64,000 nucleotides of DNA from Planctomycetota bacterium (GCA_965223845.1 CBDCXR010000004.1:896001-960000); one strand, 5' to 3'; counted from the first letter of the stretch, positions 1 to 10,304 are shown. Made by a program: numbers and translations. The notes: generated by a model not told the origin, from the letters alone.

Positions 1-302
1 CTATTCCATCGTTCGGTCGAGCTGTCGTCTGATCGGATGAATCCAAAAAGGACGATATCGGTAGCTCGTCGCTCGCAGACCACCGTCTCGGACCGGACTG
101 CTTCCCGTCTTCGGCGGTGAGGTTCTGTCAAGAACTTGTCCAGCGGTGCCGAGTACATCCCTACCCATCGCTCGAGACGCACGGGGTCGGCGTCTGGCGC
201 GCGGAGATTCCGCGATCGAGCTCTCTCCCTCACGCACCTTCGCGATTCGTACGCGCTCGGCGACCGCCGGGCGACTCGCGCACACGAAACGGAGTCTCCC
301 GA

Positions 303-554
303 ATGGGTTCCATCTACGTTCAAGACCCTTCTCCGAGCGCCGGTCTACGACCCGTCTCCGACCGGATCGCGGGACTCTGCCGCGCGGTTTCCGACGAGCG
401 GATGTTCCTCGTCGTCAGCGAAGACGAGGAGGGACTCGATCCCCCGGTGATCGTCGAGGCGATTCTCACTCAGGACGGAGTCGTCGTGCGGTCGCATGCC
501 GTCGACGTCTCGGACGAGTTCGACCTCGAGGATCCTTCCCTCGACGCGAACTGA
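303..554 (+). CDS. Small acidic hypothetical protein (~83 aa) at the head of the export-like operon
   Basis: ATG at 303 inside ORF 117..554; protein-like sequence MGSIYVQDP...DEFDLEDPSLDAN; ends 19 nt before the next ATG (574). Start uncertain. Confidence 0.5.
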   Translation: MGSIYVQDPSPSAGLRPVSDRIAGLCRAVSDERMFLVVSEDEEGLDPPVIVEAILTQDGVVVRSHAVDVSDEFDLEDPSLDAN

Positions 555-573
555 AGCCGGAGTCATTCATCCC

Positions 574-2070
574 ATGGATCCGACGCCATCTGCCGCTCCC
601 GAAGCGACCGAAGGGGCGACCTCGACCGTCGCTGCTTCGACTCATCCGGCTACTGCGGCAACGGCGGTCGCCGCGAACGCAGCCGCCATGTCGGCGCGCC
701 TGAAGGCCGTGCTGTCGCTTTTGGCGACCTCACTTCAGCACGAACGTTTCGAGGCTGCGATCACCGCGTTCGTCACCGATCTCGCGATCCGAACGCGATG
801 CGATCGAGTGAGTCTCGGCTTCGTGCACCGCCGGCAGGTTCGCATTCGCGCGATGTCACACACGGCGCACTTCGTGAAGAACGCCGGGCTCGTCCAGGCA
901 GTCGAGTCGGCGATGGAAGAAAGCATCGACCAGGAAGCGACCGTCAACTTTCCTGCCGCAGCCGAAGCGGAGGGGACGGCGTTCCGCATCACGCGTCTTC
1001 ACGATGAGCTCGGTCGCCGGTACGGCTCGAGCTCGATCTGCTCGATTCCGTTTTTCATGAACGGCGAGCTCCTCGGTGTGCTCACTCTCGAGCGCTCCGC
1101 CGCGCCGCCGTTCGACACGGAGATCATCGAGCTTCTCGAAGCGGCGATGAACATGGCCGGGCCGCTCCTCCACCTCAAGCGACGCGAGGAGATGACTCTC
1201 ATCGGCCGGTCGGTCGAATCGACGCGTTGGCTCCTCGGCCGAACGCTCGGACCGGGGCATCTCAAGTGGAAGATCGCTTGCCTCCTCGTCGCCGGGCTGA
1301 CCGTCTTTCTCTGCTTCGCGAAGGCCGAGTACAAAATCGCTTCGCGTGCGATCGTCGAGGGGGCGATCCAGCAGGCTGCGGTCGCACCGTTCGACGGCTA
1401 CATCAAGTCGGCCCGGTTCCGCGCCGGCGACGTCGTCGAGTCGGGACAGGTGCTCTGCGAGCTGGACGATCGAGAGTACCGGCTCGAGCATCTCAAGTGG
1501 AAGAGCAAGCACGAGCAGATGTCGAAGCAGCACCAGCAAGCCTTGGCGCAGCTCGACGCCGCTCAGATCAAGATCATCGCCGCTCAAATCGAACAAGCTC
1601 AGGCCCAGATTCATCTGACCGAAGCCCACCTCGAGCGCACGCAGATCGAAGCTCCGTTCCCGGGAGTCGTCGTCGCGGGCGATCTCAGCCAGTCGATCGG
1701 CGCTCCCGTCCAGCGGGGAGACGTGCTCTTCGAGATCGCTCCGCTCGATCGTTATCGGCTCGTTCTGCACGTCGACGAACGCGATATCGGCGAAGTGGCG
1801 CTCGGACAGTCCGGCGACATCGTGCTGGCCGCGCTGCCGGGTGAACCGCACCCCTTCGTCGTCGAGAAGGTGACGCCGATCTCGTCGACTGCCGACGGGC
1901 TCAACTACTTCCGAGTCGAGGCGTCTCTCTCAGGCCGCGCCGACGCACGCGTCCGCCCGGGCATGGAGGGCGTGGCGAAGGTTCGGCTCGACCGCCGGCA
2001 CCTCGTGTGGATCTGGACGCACAAAACGATCGACTGGGTGCGGATCACGCTTTGGCACTGGCTGCCCTAG
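574..2070 (+). CDS. GAF-domain HlyD/RND-type periplasmic adaptor (membrane fusion protein)
   Basis: N-terminal GAF-like segment (SICSIPF..GELLGVLTLER), one TM helix, lipoyl half-motifs (APFDGYI..GDVVESGQVL; IEAPFPGVV..V.RGDVLFEI), coiled coil, RPGMEG beta-barrel motif. Confidence 0.85.
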   Translation: MDPTPSAAPEATEGATSTVAASTHPATAATAVAANAAAMSARLKAVLSLLATSLQHERFEAAITAFVTDLAIRTRCDRVSLGFVHRRQVRIRAMSHTAHFVKNAGLVQAVESAMEESIDQEATVNFPAAAEAEGTAFRITRLHDELGRRYGSSSICSIPFFMNGELLGVLTLERSAAPPFDTEIIELLEAAMNMAGPLLHLKRREEMTLIGRSVESTRWLLGRTLGPGHLKWKIACLLVAGLTVFLCFAKAEYKIASRAIVEGAIQQAAVAPFDGYIKSARFRAGDVVESGQVLCELDDREYRLEHLKWKSKHEQMSKQHQQALAQLDAAQIKIIAAQIEQAQAQIHLTEAHLERTQIEAPFPGVVVAGDLSQSIGAPVQRGDVLFEIAPLDRYRLVLHVDERDIGEVALGQSGDIVLAALPGEPHPFVVEKVTPISSTADGLNYFRVEASLSGRADARVRPGMEGVAKVRLDRRHLVWIWTHKTIDWVRITLWHWLP

Positions 2071-2109
2071 CTGCCGCCTCGACCGGCGACGCGAAGGAGA
2101 GGATCGAAC

Positions 2110-4257
2110 TTGAACGATCGATGGCTCAGCTCGTCCTGGTACCGGGTCGCCCGGCTGACGCCGAAGCTCCGCACGCAGGCGAGGATCCACCGTCACCTCT
2201 ATCGCGGGGAGCCTGCGTACATCCTGCAAAACGAAGCGAGCGGGCGTCACTACCGTTTCGACGCCGCGACCTACGAGTTGCTCGCGCTCTTCGATGGCCG
2301 ACGCACCGTCGAAGAGGCATGGGAGCTCGCGTGTGAACGCCTGGGCGACGACGCGCCCACCCAAGACCGATGCATCCGGCTCCTCTCTCAGCTTCACGCT
2401 GCCGATGTCCTGCAGTGTGACGTCCCGCCGGACGCACTCGAGGTCGTCGGACGCGGCGATCGCGGTCGCCATCGGGCCACGCTGCATCGGTGGGCGAATC
2501 CGTTCAGCGTGCGCGTACCGCTGTTCGATCCGGACGCTCTTCTCCGCCGCCTTCTTCCCGCCGTGCGACCGCTCTTCAGTCGGTACGCGTTCGTCCTCTG
2601 GCTCGTGGTCGTGCTGTGGGCGATCGGCCTCGCGACTTTCCACTGGGCGGAGCTGACCCACAACATCGCGGACCGCGTCCTTTCCTGGGAAGGACTCGCG
2701 ATCCTCGCGGCGGCGTTCGTCGCACTCAAGATCGTCCACGAATTCGCGCACGCGTTCGCCGTCAAGGTGTTTGGCGGCGAGGTCCACGACATGGGGATCA
2801 TGTTCCTCGTGTTCGCGCCGATTCCGTATGTCGATGCCTCGGCATCGACGGCGTTCCGCTCGCGGCGCCGTCGATTCATCGTCGGCGCGGCGGGGATGAT
2901 GGCAGAGCTCGGAATCGCGTCCGTCGCTCTCGCCTTTTGGACGTACGCCGAGCCGGGCCTCGCGCGCAGCCTCGCTTTCGGAATCGTGCTCGTCGCGGGA
3001 GTTTCGACGTTCTTCTTCAATGCGAATCCCCTGATTCGATTCGACGGCTACTACATGCTCTGCGACGCGCTCGAGATTCCGAACCTCAACTCGAGGGGAC
3101 GCGAGTATCTCGTCTATCTCGTCGAGCGCTACGCATTCGGTGTGCGCGGTCTCGAGACAAACGCGAACACGTGGTCGGAACGCTTTTGGTACGTCGGGTA
3201 CTCGATCACCTCTTGGATCTACCGCTTTTTCCTCTACGCCGCGATCCTGGTCTTCGTCGCCGGAAAGTTCTTCTACATCGGAACGGCGCTCGCACTCTGG
3301 GGGGTGGGAACGTGGCTCGTTGTCCCCGCAGTCCGTCTCTGTCGCTACCTCCAGACTCAGCCGCGCATCGCCGCAGTTCGTCGTCGGGCGGTCATCGTGA
3401 GCGGCGCGGCCGTGCTTTTCGTCATCGGAGCGACATGCTGGACTCGAGCTCCCCTCCGCACGACGACCGAAGGAGTCGTGTGGGTGCCGGAGGAGGCGAT
3501 CGTCCGCGCGAACGCGAGCGGGTTCGTCGCAAAGATCGTCGCGAAGCCCGGCACGCGCGTCGAGAAGGGAGACCCGATCTTCGTGTGCGAGGACCCGACG
3601 ATCGACTTTCGCATCGCCCTCCTCGAAGCCGAATTGAGCGAATATCGCGCGCGGCGCGAGGGTGTGTGGGGAGTGGATCAGGTCGCCGCAAAGATGTACG
3701 ACGAAGAGATCGCCTTCCGGGAGAAGCGGCTCGCGCGTGAACGCGAGCGGCGGCGCGATCTCACCGTGCGGAGCCGCGCGGCCGGAATCGTCGTCGTCCC
3801 GCGAGCCGAGGATCTGCCGGGACGGTTCGCACGTCAGGGAGAGGTGCTCGCACACGTTCTCGACGAATCCACACCGACGATCCGCGCGGTGGTTTCGGAG
3901 GATCATATCGACCTCGTGCGATCGGCTATGGGGCGGGTCGAAGTCCAGCTCGCCGGAGGAATCGCCGAGCCGATGGAGGCGAAGGTGGCGCGAGAGATTC
4001 CCGCGGCGAGCCGCGAGCTACCGAGCACCGTCCTCGGGCTCGAAGGCGGAGGGACGATCGCGACGGATCCGCGCGACGAGAGGGGCGTTCAGTCGTTCGA
4101 GCAATATTTTCAGATCGAGCTCGCGCTTCTCGGGACGAAACCCGGACTCAACATCGGCCGGCGCGCGTTCGTGCGGTTCGACCACGGTTCCGAGCCGCTC
4201 GCCGTCCGTTGGTACCGAAGTGTTCGGCGCCTCTTCCTCCGCCATCTGGGCACTTGA
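2110..4257 (+). CDS. PqqD/RRE-like N-terminus + M50 (site-2) metalloprotease + HlyD-like adaptor fusion
   Basis: HEFAH zinc motif and NANPLIRFDGYY (NPxxxDG) of M50, multiple TM helices; N-terminal LFDGRRTVEE winged-helix-like segment; C-terminal lipoyl/coiled-coil adaptor. TTG start. Confidence 0.85.
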   Translation: MNDRWLSSSWYRVARLTPKLRTQARIHRHLYRGEPAYILQNEASGRHYRFDAATYELLALFDGRRTVEEAWELACERLGDDAPTQDRCIRLLSQLHAADVLQCDVPPDALEVVGRGDRGRHRATLHRWANPFSVRVPLFDPDALLRRLLPAVRPLFSRYAFVLWLVVVLWAIGLATFHWAELTHNIADRVLSWEGLAILAAAFVALKIVHEFAHAFAVKVFGGEVHDMGIMFLVFAPIPYVDASASTAFRSRRRRFIVGAAGMMAELGIASVALAFWTYAEPGLARSLAFGIVLVAGVSTFFFNANPLIRFDGYYMLCDALEIPNLNSRGREYLVYLVERYAFGVRGLETNANTWSERFWYVGYSITSWIYRFFLYAAILVFVAGKFFYIGTALALWGVGTWLVVPAVRLCRYLQTQPRIAAVRRRAVIVSGAAVLFVIGATCWTRAPLRTTTEGVVWVPEEAIVRANASGFVAKIVAKPGTRVEKGDPIFVCEDPTIDFRIALLEAELSEYRARREGVWGVDQVAAKMYDEEIAFREKRLARERERRRDLTVRSRAAGIVVVPRAEDLPGRFARQGEVLAHVLDESTPTIRAVVSEDHIDLVRSAMGRVEVQLAGGIAEPMEAKVAREIPAASRELPSTVLGLEGGGTIATDPRDERGVQSFEQYFQIELALLGTKPGLNIGRRAFVRFDHGSEPLAVRWYRSVRRLFLRHLGT

Positions 4258-4267
4258 GGTCCGAGCG

Positions 4268-6268
4268 ATGTCCGATCGCGTGATCATGCGCCTCCGATCC
4301 GCGGAGGCGACCCGTTTCGCCCGCGATGAGATTAGGCCGGGTGCCCGACTCGAGTGGTCGCAGCTCGTACGCTCGCGCGCTTCGGGTCGTCGGCCTCAGG
4401 GAAGGGGAGCCGCTCGATTCCTCCGCGCCGTAGCCGCCTCGGAGCGTGTAGCGCGCGACCTCGACGACGAGACGCTCGCCCGCGAAGCGAGACGCCTGCG
4501 CGAAGTCCTGCGCCGACGCGGCATAGCACGCGACAGCGCCGCGCTTTCCTTCGGGCTCGTCCGCGCCGCCGCCGAGCGTACGATTCGCCAGCGGCACTAC
4601 GATGTCCAGGTTCTCGGCGGTTGGACTCTCCTCCAAGGTCGCATCGCAGAGATGGAGACCGGCGAGGGGAAGACGCTCACCGCGACTCTAGCGGGCGGCA
4701 CGGCTGCGCTCGCGGGAATCTCCGTCCACGTCATCACGGTCAACGACTATCTGGCGCGCCGCGACGCCGAGGCGATGGGGCCGATCTACCGCGCACTCGG
4801 TCTGACGGTGGGCGTCATCGTCGCCGGGATGGAGCCGGCGGAGCGTCGGCGAGCGTACGCATGCGACGTAACCTACTGCACAAACAAAGAGATCGTGTTC
4901 GACTACCTGCGGGACTGCGTGGCGTCGCGGCGCGCGGCGAGCCCACTTCACGAGAAAGTCGAATCACTCGCGCGCGGCGGAGCGGCCTCACGGCTCATCG
5001 CCTCGGGACTTCAGTTCGCAATCGTCGACGAAGCTGACAGCGTCCTCGTCGACGACGCGAAGACGCCGCTCATTCTCTCCGAAACGGTGCCGAATCACCG
5101 CGAGCGCGAAGTCTACTCGACCGCGATCGACATCGCGCGACAGCTCAGTGAGGGTTCCGACTATCGCGTCGATCGAAAGCTCCGAAGCGTCGTACTGACT
5201 TCACGCGGTTCACGGCGCGTTGAGCGGTTCGTCGATGCGATTCCTCGAGGTCGCAGGGGGATTTGGATGCACCGCCGCCAGCGGAGCGAGCTCATCGCGC
5301 AGGCCCTCGCGGCGGTCCACCTCTACGAACGAGACAAGCACTACCTCGTCCGTGAGGACGAGATCGACATCATCGACGAATACACCGGAAGAACTCTTCC
5401 CGATCGCGCCTGGGAGCACGGGCTTCACCAGGCGATCGAGGCGAAGGAAGGATGCCCACTGAGTTCGGAGCGACAACCGATCGCTCGGCTGACGTACCAG
5501 CGCTTCTTTCGGCGGTACACATGGCTTTCGGGAATGACCGGAACCGCGCAGGAAGTCGCCGGTGAGCTCGCCGGCGTCTACGACGTCGTCACCGTGCGCG
5601 TTCCGACCCACCAACCCGTCCGTCGCGAGTCGAGGGGAGTGCGCGTATTCAGGACCGCGGAGGAGAAGTGGGAGGCCGTCGTCGGCCGCATTCAAGAGAT
5701 GCGCGAGCGTCTGCGCCCCGTCCTCGTCGGAACTCGGTTTCTTTCGGACTCGGAGCACTTGAGCGCACTCCTCAAGGCGGCCGCGATCCCGCATCAGGTG
5801 CTGAATGCGAACTGCCACGAGGATGAAGCCGAGATCGTCGCCCGGGCGGGCGAGCTCGAGAGGGTGACCGTTGCGACGAACATGGCCGGACGGGGAACGG
5901 ACATTCGGCTTCCCGGTGACGTGGTGGTTCGCGGGGGACTCCACGTGATCGCCGCGGACGTCAACGAAGCCCGCCGGATCGACCGCCAGCTCTACGGCCG
6001 CGGGGGCCGCCAAGGGGATCCAGGGACCTTCGAGGGGATCTTCTCGCTCGAAGATGAATTGATCCGCACCTACGCCTCGGGGTGGGCTCGGTGGCTCGCC
6101 GCCAAAGCCGGTCGGCTCGGTGAGCCGATCCATCGATTGGCGGGGGAGTGGATCGTGCGGGAAGCGCAAACTCGCTGCGAGCGACACCACCGGCGCATCC
6201 GTCGGAACATGCTGCAGCGGGAAGGAGATTTGGAGACGACACTCGCGTTCGCCGGAGCGGGCGAGTGA
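4268..6268 (+). CDS. Secondary, C-terminally short SecA-like DEAD ATPase (666 aa)
   Basis: SecA motifs EMETGEGKT, VITVNDYLARRD, VDEADS, GMTGT, ATNMAGRGTDI, RIDRQLYGRGGRQGDPG; ends soon after NBD2. ATG 4268 lies 10 nt after the previous stop. Confidence 0.9.
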   Translation: MSDRVIMRLRSAEATRFARDEIRPGARLEWSQLVRSRASGRRPQGRGAARFLRAVAASERVARDLDDETLAREARRLREVLRRRGIARDSAALSFGLVRAAAERTIRQRHYDVQVLGGWTLLQGRIAEMETGEGKTLTATLAGGTAALAGISVHVITVNDYLARRDAEAMGPIYRALGLTVGVIVAGMEPAERRRAYACDVTYCTNKEIVFDYLRDCVASRRAASPLHEKVESLARGGAASRLIASGLQFAIVDEADSVLVDDAKTPLILSETVPNHREREVYSTAIDIARQLSEGSDYRVDRKLRSVVLTSRGSRRVERFVDAIPRGRRGIWMHRRQRSELIAQALAAVHLYERDKHYLVREDEIDIIDEYTGRTLPDRAWEHGLHQAIEAKEGCPLSSERQPIARLTYQRFFRRYTWLSGMTGTAQEVAGELAGVYDVVTVRVPTHQPVRRESRGVRVFRTAEEKWEAVVGRIQEMRERLRPVLVGTRFLSDSEHLSALLKAAAIPHQVLNANCHEDEAEIVARAGELERVTVATNMAGRGTDIRLPGDVVVRGGLHVIAADVNEARRIDRQLYGRGGRQGDPGTFEGIFSLEDELIRTYASGWARWLAAKAGRLGEPIHRLAGEWIVREAQTRCERHHRRIRRNMLQREGDLETTLAFAGAGE

Positions 6269-6316
6269 GAGTCCTTCGCCGAGAAACTCTCGGCTAGAGT
6301 CGAGGAGCACCGGATC

Positions 6317-7162
6317 ATGAAGAAACGAACCCTCATCGTCGCGGCGGTCCTGATGACCGCAGCGTTTCTCCCTGCGAACGAGCCGAACGGAGAACCGGAG
6401 GCTTCGCGTCCCGTCCGGATCGAGGCGTTCGAGGGGCTCATCGAGGCGAATCGCATCCTGAAGCTCGGATCGTCTGTCGACGGAGTGATCAGCGAAGTCC
6501 GGGTCGAGCGCGGAGATCTCGTCAAAGCCGGAGATGTGATCGCCCAGCTCGACACTCGCGTGGAGAAAGCCGAAGTGGCTCTCGCGAAGGCGCGCGCCGA
6601 GTCGGAAGGTGCCCTCAAGAAAAGGAAGGCGCGACTCGCATTCGGCCGGAGTAAGTACAAGAACGATCTCGAGCTCCACCGGACTGGGATTCTCTCGGAC
6701 GAACTGCTCGATCAAAGCCGCACCGAGCTCGCTCTCGCGGAGGCGGAGTTCATCGAAGCGGAGGAAACCGCACAGCTCGCTCAGCTCGCGTACAAGCAAG
6801 CGCTCGCCGCTCTCGAATTGCGCACGATTCGGAGTCCCGTCGACGCCGTCGTCGTCGAACGGTACCTCTCGCCCGGGGAGACGGTGACGCGTCAGTCGCA
6901 GTCGCACATCGTCCAGCTCGCCCAGGTCGATCCCCTCAAGGTGGAGATCATCCTTCCGGCGCTCATGTTCGGAAACGTCAAGGCCGGCGATCGAGCGACG
7001 GTCCGCACTCAGTTCGAGCCGAATCGCTCCTACCCGGCCGAAGTGGTTCAAGTCGACCGCGTCGTCGACGCTGCGAGTGGAACGTTCCGTGTTCGGCTTC
7101 GCATGGACAACCCGAACAACGAAGTGCCGTCCGGGCTCAAGTGCTCGGTGCTGCTCGACTGA
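6317..7162 (+). CDS. Efflux RND/HlyD periplasmic adaptor subunit
   Basis: RBS GAGGAG; signal peptide; VDGVISEVRVERGDLVKAGDVIAQLD; IRSPVDAVV; VVDAASGTFRVR. Confidence 0.9.
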   Translation: MKKRTLIVAAVLMTAAFLPANEPNGEPEASRPVRIEAFEGLIEANRILKLGSSVDGVISEVRVERGDLVKAGDVIAQLDTRVEKAEVALAKARAESEGALKKRKARLAFGRSKYKNDLELHRTGILSDELLDQSRTELALAEAEFIEAEETAQLAQLAYKQALAALELRTIRSPVDAVVVERYLSPGETVTRQSQSHIVQLAQVDPLKVEIILPALMFGNVKAGDRATVRTQFEPNRSYPAEVVQVDRVVDAASGTFRVRLRMDNPNNEVPSGLKCSVLLD

Positions 7163-7167
7163 GCGGG

Positions 7168-8004
7168 TCAGTCGACCGGCGCCGATGCGGATTCCGCCTC
7201 ACTCGAGGGCGTCGGCGCCGGATGCTTCCCGTCGACATCGCGATCGGGATCCCGCTTCTCTTTGCGCTCGGCGAGAGTCGCGAGATGGAGTCGGGCCACG
7301 TGCCACATGTACCGGGGGCCGTAGCCGGCTCTCGGCGCCCAGCGATTGCGCGTCGCGCGGCGGAGGTGCGCTTTCGCCGCCGGAATACGGTTTTCCGTCG
7401 ACGCGAGGAGCCCGGCGTAGAGCTCGCCGTAGAAGCGCTGCTTCTCGCGTTCGGCCGGCGCGAGATCCGCCGCTTCGATCCCGCGGAGGAGTGCCTCCGC
7501 GCTGAGCTTACCCTGGAACATGCGGTACACCTCGGGTAGCGGTGCTCGATCGGGCTTCTCGTAGTCGATCAGGCGCTTCCGCGCCTTCTCGATTCCCTCC
7601 ACCCGCGCTTGCGCTAGAAAGCGCCAGATTCCGTTCTCGCGATCGACAGTGTCGAACTCGTGGTAGAGGCCGAACTGGGCGGCAGACTCTCGAAAGCGCT
7701 CGCAATAGTACTGGGCGATTCCCCGGCGCCAGTGAGATCGCGCGGCCGCGGGGCGGAGGCGCACCATCGCCTCGTAGTCGTCCAGCGCGGCGCGAAACTT
7801 GCCGGAGAAGAAGTGAACGTCGCCGCGTCGAGAGTAAAGATCGACGCGCTCGGGTTCGCGTTCTATCGCCGCGGAAAGGGCGGCGATGCGCTCGGCGAGC
7901 TGTGCCTTATCGACCGCGCTCGACGCGTCCGGCGGTGGACGATCCTCGGCGATCGCGGGAGCGGCGAGCGCACCCGCGAGGACCGCCGTGAAAATGTGTC
8001 GCAC
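7168..8004 (-). CDS. Exported TPR protein, NlpI-like
   Basis: AGGAG RBS, GTG start, signal peptide; TPR helices; WRRGIAQYY, DRENGIWRFL and FYGELYAGL segments resemble the NlpI family. Confidence 0.7.
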   Translation of the reverse strand: MRHIFTAVLAGALAAPAIAEDRPPPDASSAVDKAQLAERIAALSAAIEREPERVDLYSRRGDVHFFSGKFRAALDDYEAMVRLRPAAARSHWRRGIAQYYCERFRESAAQFGLYHEFDTVDRENGIWRFLAQARVEGIEKARKRLIDYEKPDRAPLPEVYRMFQGKLSAEALLRGIEAADLAPAEREKQRFYGELYAGLLASTENRIPAAKAHLRRATRNRWAPRAGYGPRYMWHVARLHLATLAERKEKRDPDRDVDGKHPAPTPSSEAESASAPVD

Positions 8005-8076
8005 ATTCGTCTCCTGTCGGATTTGCGCTGGGCTCTTTAGGGCGCTCTGCCCGTTCCCGCAACCGAACTGCAGACG

Positions 8077-9375
8077 TCAGGACTGCGACCGCTGAATCAG
8101 CATCCCCGCGGCGACGGTTTGGTTCGTGAACGGATCGATGAGCACGATACTCCCCGTTATGCGGTTCTTGCGATAAGAATCGACGAAGAGGGGAGAGGAG
8201 GCCCGGATCGACACGCGGCCGATTTCGTTGAGTCCGAGTTCGAGATCGCCCTCGACCTTGTGCGTCGTATTGATGTTCACCTTGTAGAGGACCTCGCGCA
8301 GTATGCACTGGACCTCTTTCGTCGTGTGGCGGAGGACGTACTTCTTCCCGACGTCGAGCTTTGCGCGCTCGGAGAACCAGCACACCATCGCCTCGAGGTC
8401 CTGCGTCGTCTCCGGCGAGTTGTGTGGCTTCACGATCATGTCGCCGCGGCTGATATCGAGCTCGTCGGTGAGCGTGATCGCTACGGACATCGGGGCGAAC
8501 GCCTCCTCGAGATCGTCCTCCAAGGAGTGGATTCCCTTCACGTGGGTCGTAAATCCCGAAGGAAGCACCATCACCTCGTCGCCGCGGCGAAAGACGCCGC
8601 CCGCGACGCGCCCCGCGAAGCCGCGGAAGTCGTGGTACTCGTCGGCGTGCGGGCGGATCACCCACTGCACGGGGAAGCGCGCGTCGACGTGCTTGTGCAC
8701 GCCGCCGACGTAGACGGTTTCGAGTGTGTAGAGAAGGGACGTGCCCTTGTACCAGGGCATGCGCTCCGATGTCTCGACGACGTTGTCACCGTGGAGCGCG
8801 CTGATCGGGATGAAGGTGATGCCGGGGATGTCGAGCCGTGAGACCCACTCTTTGTAGTCGGCAACGATGCGATCGAACACCTCCTCGTCGAAGTCGACGA
8901 GATCCATCTTATTCACGCACACGATCACGTGCGGAATGCCGAGGAGGTGCGCGATGAACGAGTGGCGCTTCGTCTGCTCGAGGATGCCCTTTCGGGCGTC
9001 GACGAGGATGATCGCGAGATCGGCCGTCGAGGCGCCCGTCACCATGTTGCGAGTGTATTGCTCGTGGCCGGGAGTGTCCGCGATGATGAACTTCCGACGC
9101 GGCGTCGCGAAGTAGCGGTAGGCGACGTCGATGGTGATCCCCTGCTCCCTCTCCGCGCGCAGCCCGTCGGTGAGGAGAGCGAGATTGACGTGCTCATCGC
9201 CGCGCTGCGAGCTCGAGCGCTCGATGGCTTCGAGCTGATCCTCGAAGATCTGCTTCGAGTCGTAGAGGAGCCGTCCGATGAGCGTGCTCTTTCCGTCGTC
9301 GACGCTCCCCGCCGTGGTGAAGCGGAGGAGGTCCATGTCGAGGTAGCTTTGGCTGGTTTCGTCGGCTGCAGTCAT
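8077..9375 (-). CDS. cysN: Sulfate adenylyltransferase subunit 1 (GTPase)
   Basis: LLRFTTAGSVDDGKSTLIGRLL, AEREQGITIDVAYRYF, DTPGHEQYTRNM, NKMD; no fused CysC domain. Confidence 0.97.
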   Translation of the reverse strand: MTAADETSQSYLDMDLLRFTTAGSVDDGKSTLIGRLLYDSKQIFEDQLEAIERSSSQRGDEHVNLALLTDGLRAEREQGITIDVAYRYFATPRRKFIIADTPGHEQYTRNMVTGASTADLAIILVDARKGILEQTKRHSFIAHLLGIPHVIVCVNKMDLVDFDEEVFDRIVADYKEWVSRLDIPGITFIPISALHGDNVVETSERMPWYKGTSLLYTLETVYVGGVHKHVDARFPVQWVIRPHADEYHDFRGFAGRVAGGVFRRGDEVMVLPSGFTTHVKGIHSLEDDLEEAFAPMSVAITLTDELDISRGDMIVKPHNSPETTQDLEAMVCWFSERAKLDVGKKYVLRHTTKEVQCILREVLYKVNINTTHKVEGDLELGLNEIGRVSIRASSPLFVDSYRKNRITGSIVLIDPFTNQTVAAGMLIQRSQS

Positions 9376-9398
9376 CGTGGCGTCAACTTTCGGCGCGC

Positions 9399-10304
9399 TC
9401 AAAAATAGCCTTCCTTTTTTCGATCCTCCATCGCGGTCTCCGACCGCTTGTCGTCGGCTCGACCTCCCCGCTCCGTGACGCGAGCGGCCGCGATCTCGCG
9501 GATGATGTCTTGAACCGACTGCGCGTCCGACTCGACCGCTCCGGTGCACGTCATGTCACCGATCGTGCGGAACCGGATCGTGCGCCGCGTGACCTCCTCA
9601 CCGTTCCTAAGCTGAATGTACGGCGAATTCGCCAGCAGCGTGCCGCCGCGGTCGACGACGTCTCGCTCGTGCGCGAAGTAGATCTCGGGAATGTCGAGCT
9701 TCTCGAGCGCGATGTACTGCCACACGTCCATCTCCGTCCAGTTGCTGAGCGGAAACACGCGGAAGTGCTCACCGATCTGCTTTCGGCCGTTGAAGAGATT
9801 CCACAGCTCTGGCCGCTGATTCTTCGGGTCCCACTGGCCGAATTCGTCGCGCGCCGAAAAGAACCGCTCTTTCGCGCGAGCCTTTTCCTCGTCGCGTCGC
9901 GCCCCGCCGAGCGCGGCGTCGAACTGGAACTCTTCGATCGCGTCGAGGAGCGTCGTCGTCTGGAGTCGATTGCGGCTCGCGTTCGGGCCGCGTTCCTCGG
10001 CGACTCGGCCGCGATCGATCGACTCCTGCACGGTGCGCACGACGAGGTTCGCGCCGATGTCCGCCGCCAGGCGATTCCGAAACTCGAGCGTCTCCGGGAA
10101 GTTGTGGCCCGTGTCGACGTGAAGAAGCGGGAAGGGAAGACGGGCCGGCCAGAACGCCTTCTGCGCGAGCCGGACCATCACGATCGAGTCCTTGCCGCCC
10201 GAGAACATCAGCGTGGGTTTCTCGAACTGGGCGGCCGTCTCGCGGATGACGAAGATGGCCTCCGCCTCGAGATGCTGGAGGTGAGTGAGGTGATAAGCGG
10301 GCAT
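9399..10304 (-). CDS. cysD: Sulfate adenylyltransferase subunit 2
   Basis: FSGGKDS, HVDTGHNF, GGARRDEEKARAKER, WDPKNQRPELW, C-terminal MEDRKKEGYF. Confidence 0.97.
   Translation of the reverse strand: MPAYHLTHLQHLEAEAIFVIRETAAQFEKPTLMFSGGKDSIVMVRLAQKAFWPARLPFPLLHVDTGHNFPETLEFRNRLAADIGANLVVRTVQESIDRGRVAEERGPNASRNRLQTTTLLDAIEEFQFDAALGGARRDEEKARAKERFFSARDEFGQWDPKNQRPELWNLFNGRKQIGEHFRVFPLSNWTEMDVWQYIALEKLDIPEIYFAHERDVVDRGGTLLANSPYIQLRNGEEVTRRTIRFRTIGDMTCTGAVESDAQSVQDIIREIAAARVTERGGRADDKRSETAMEDRKKEGYF

Noticed and set aside
1-285. Minus-strand 94-aa ORF at the window edge
   Set aside because: No recognisable motif or RBS; more likely upstream non-coding sequence of the export-like operon.
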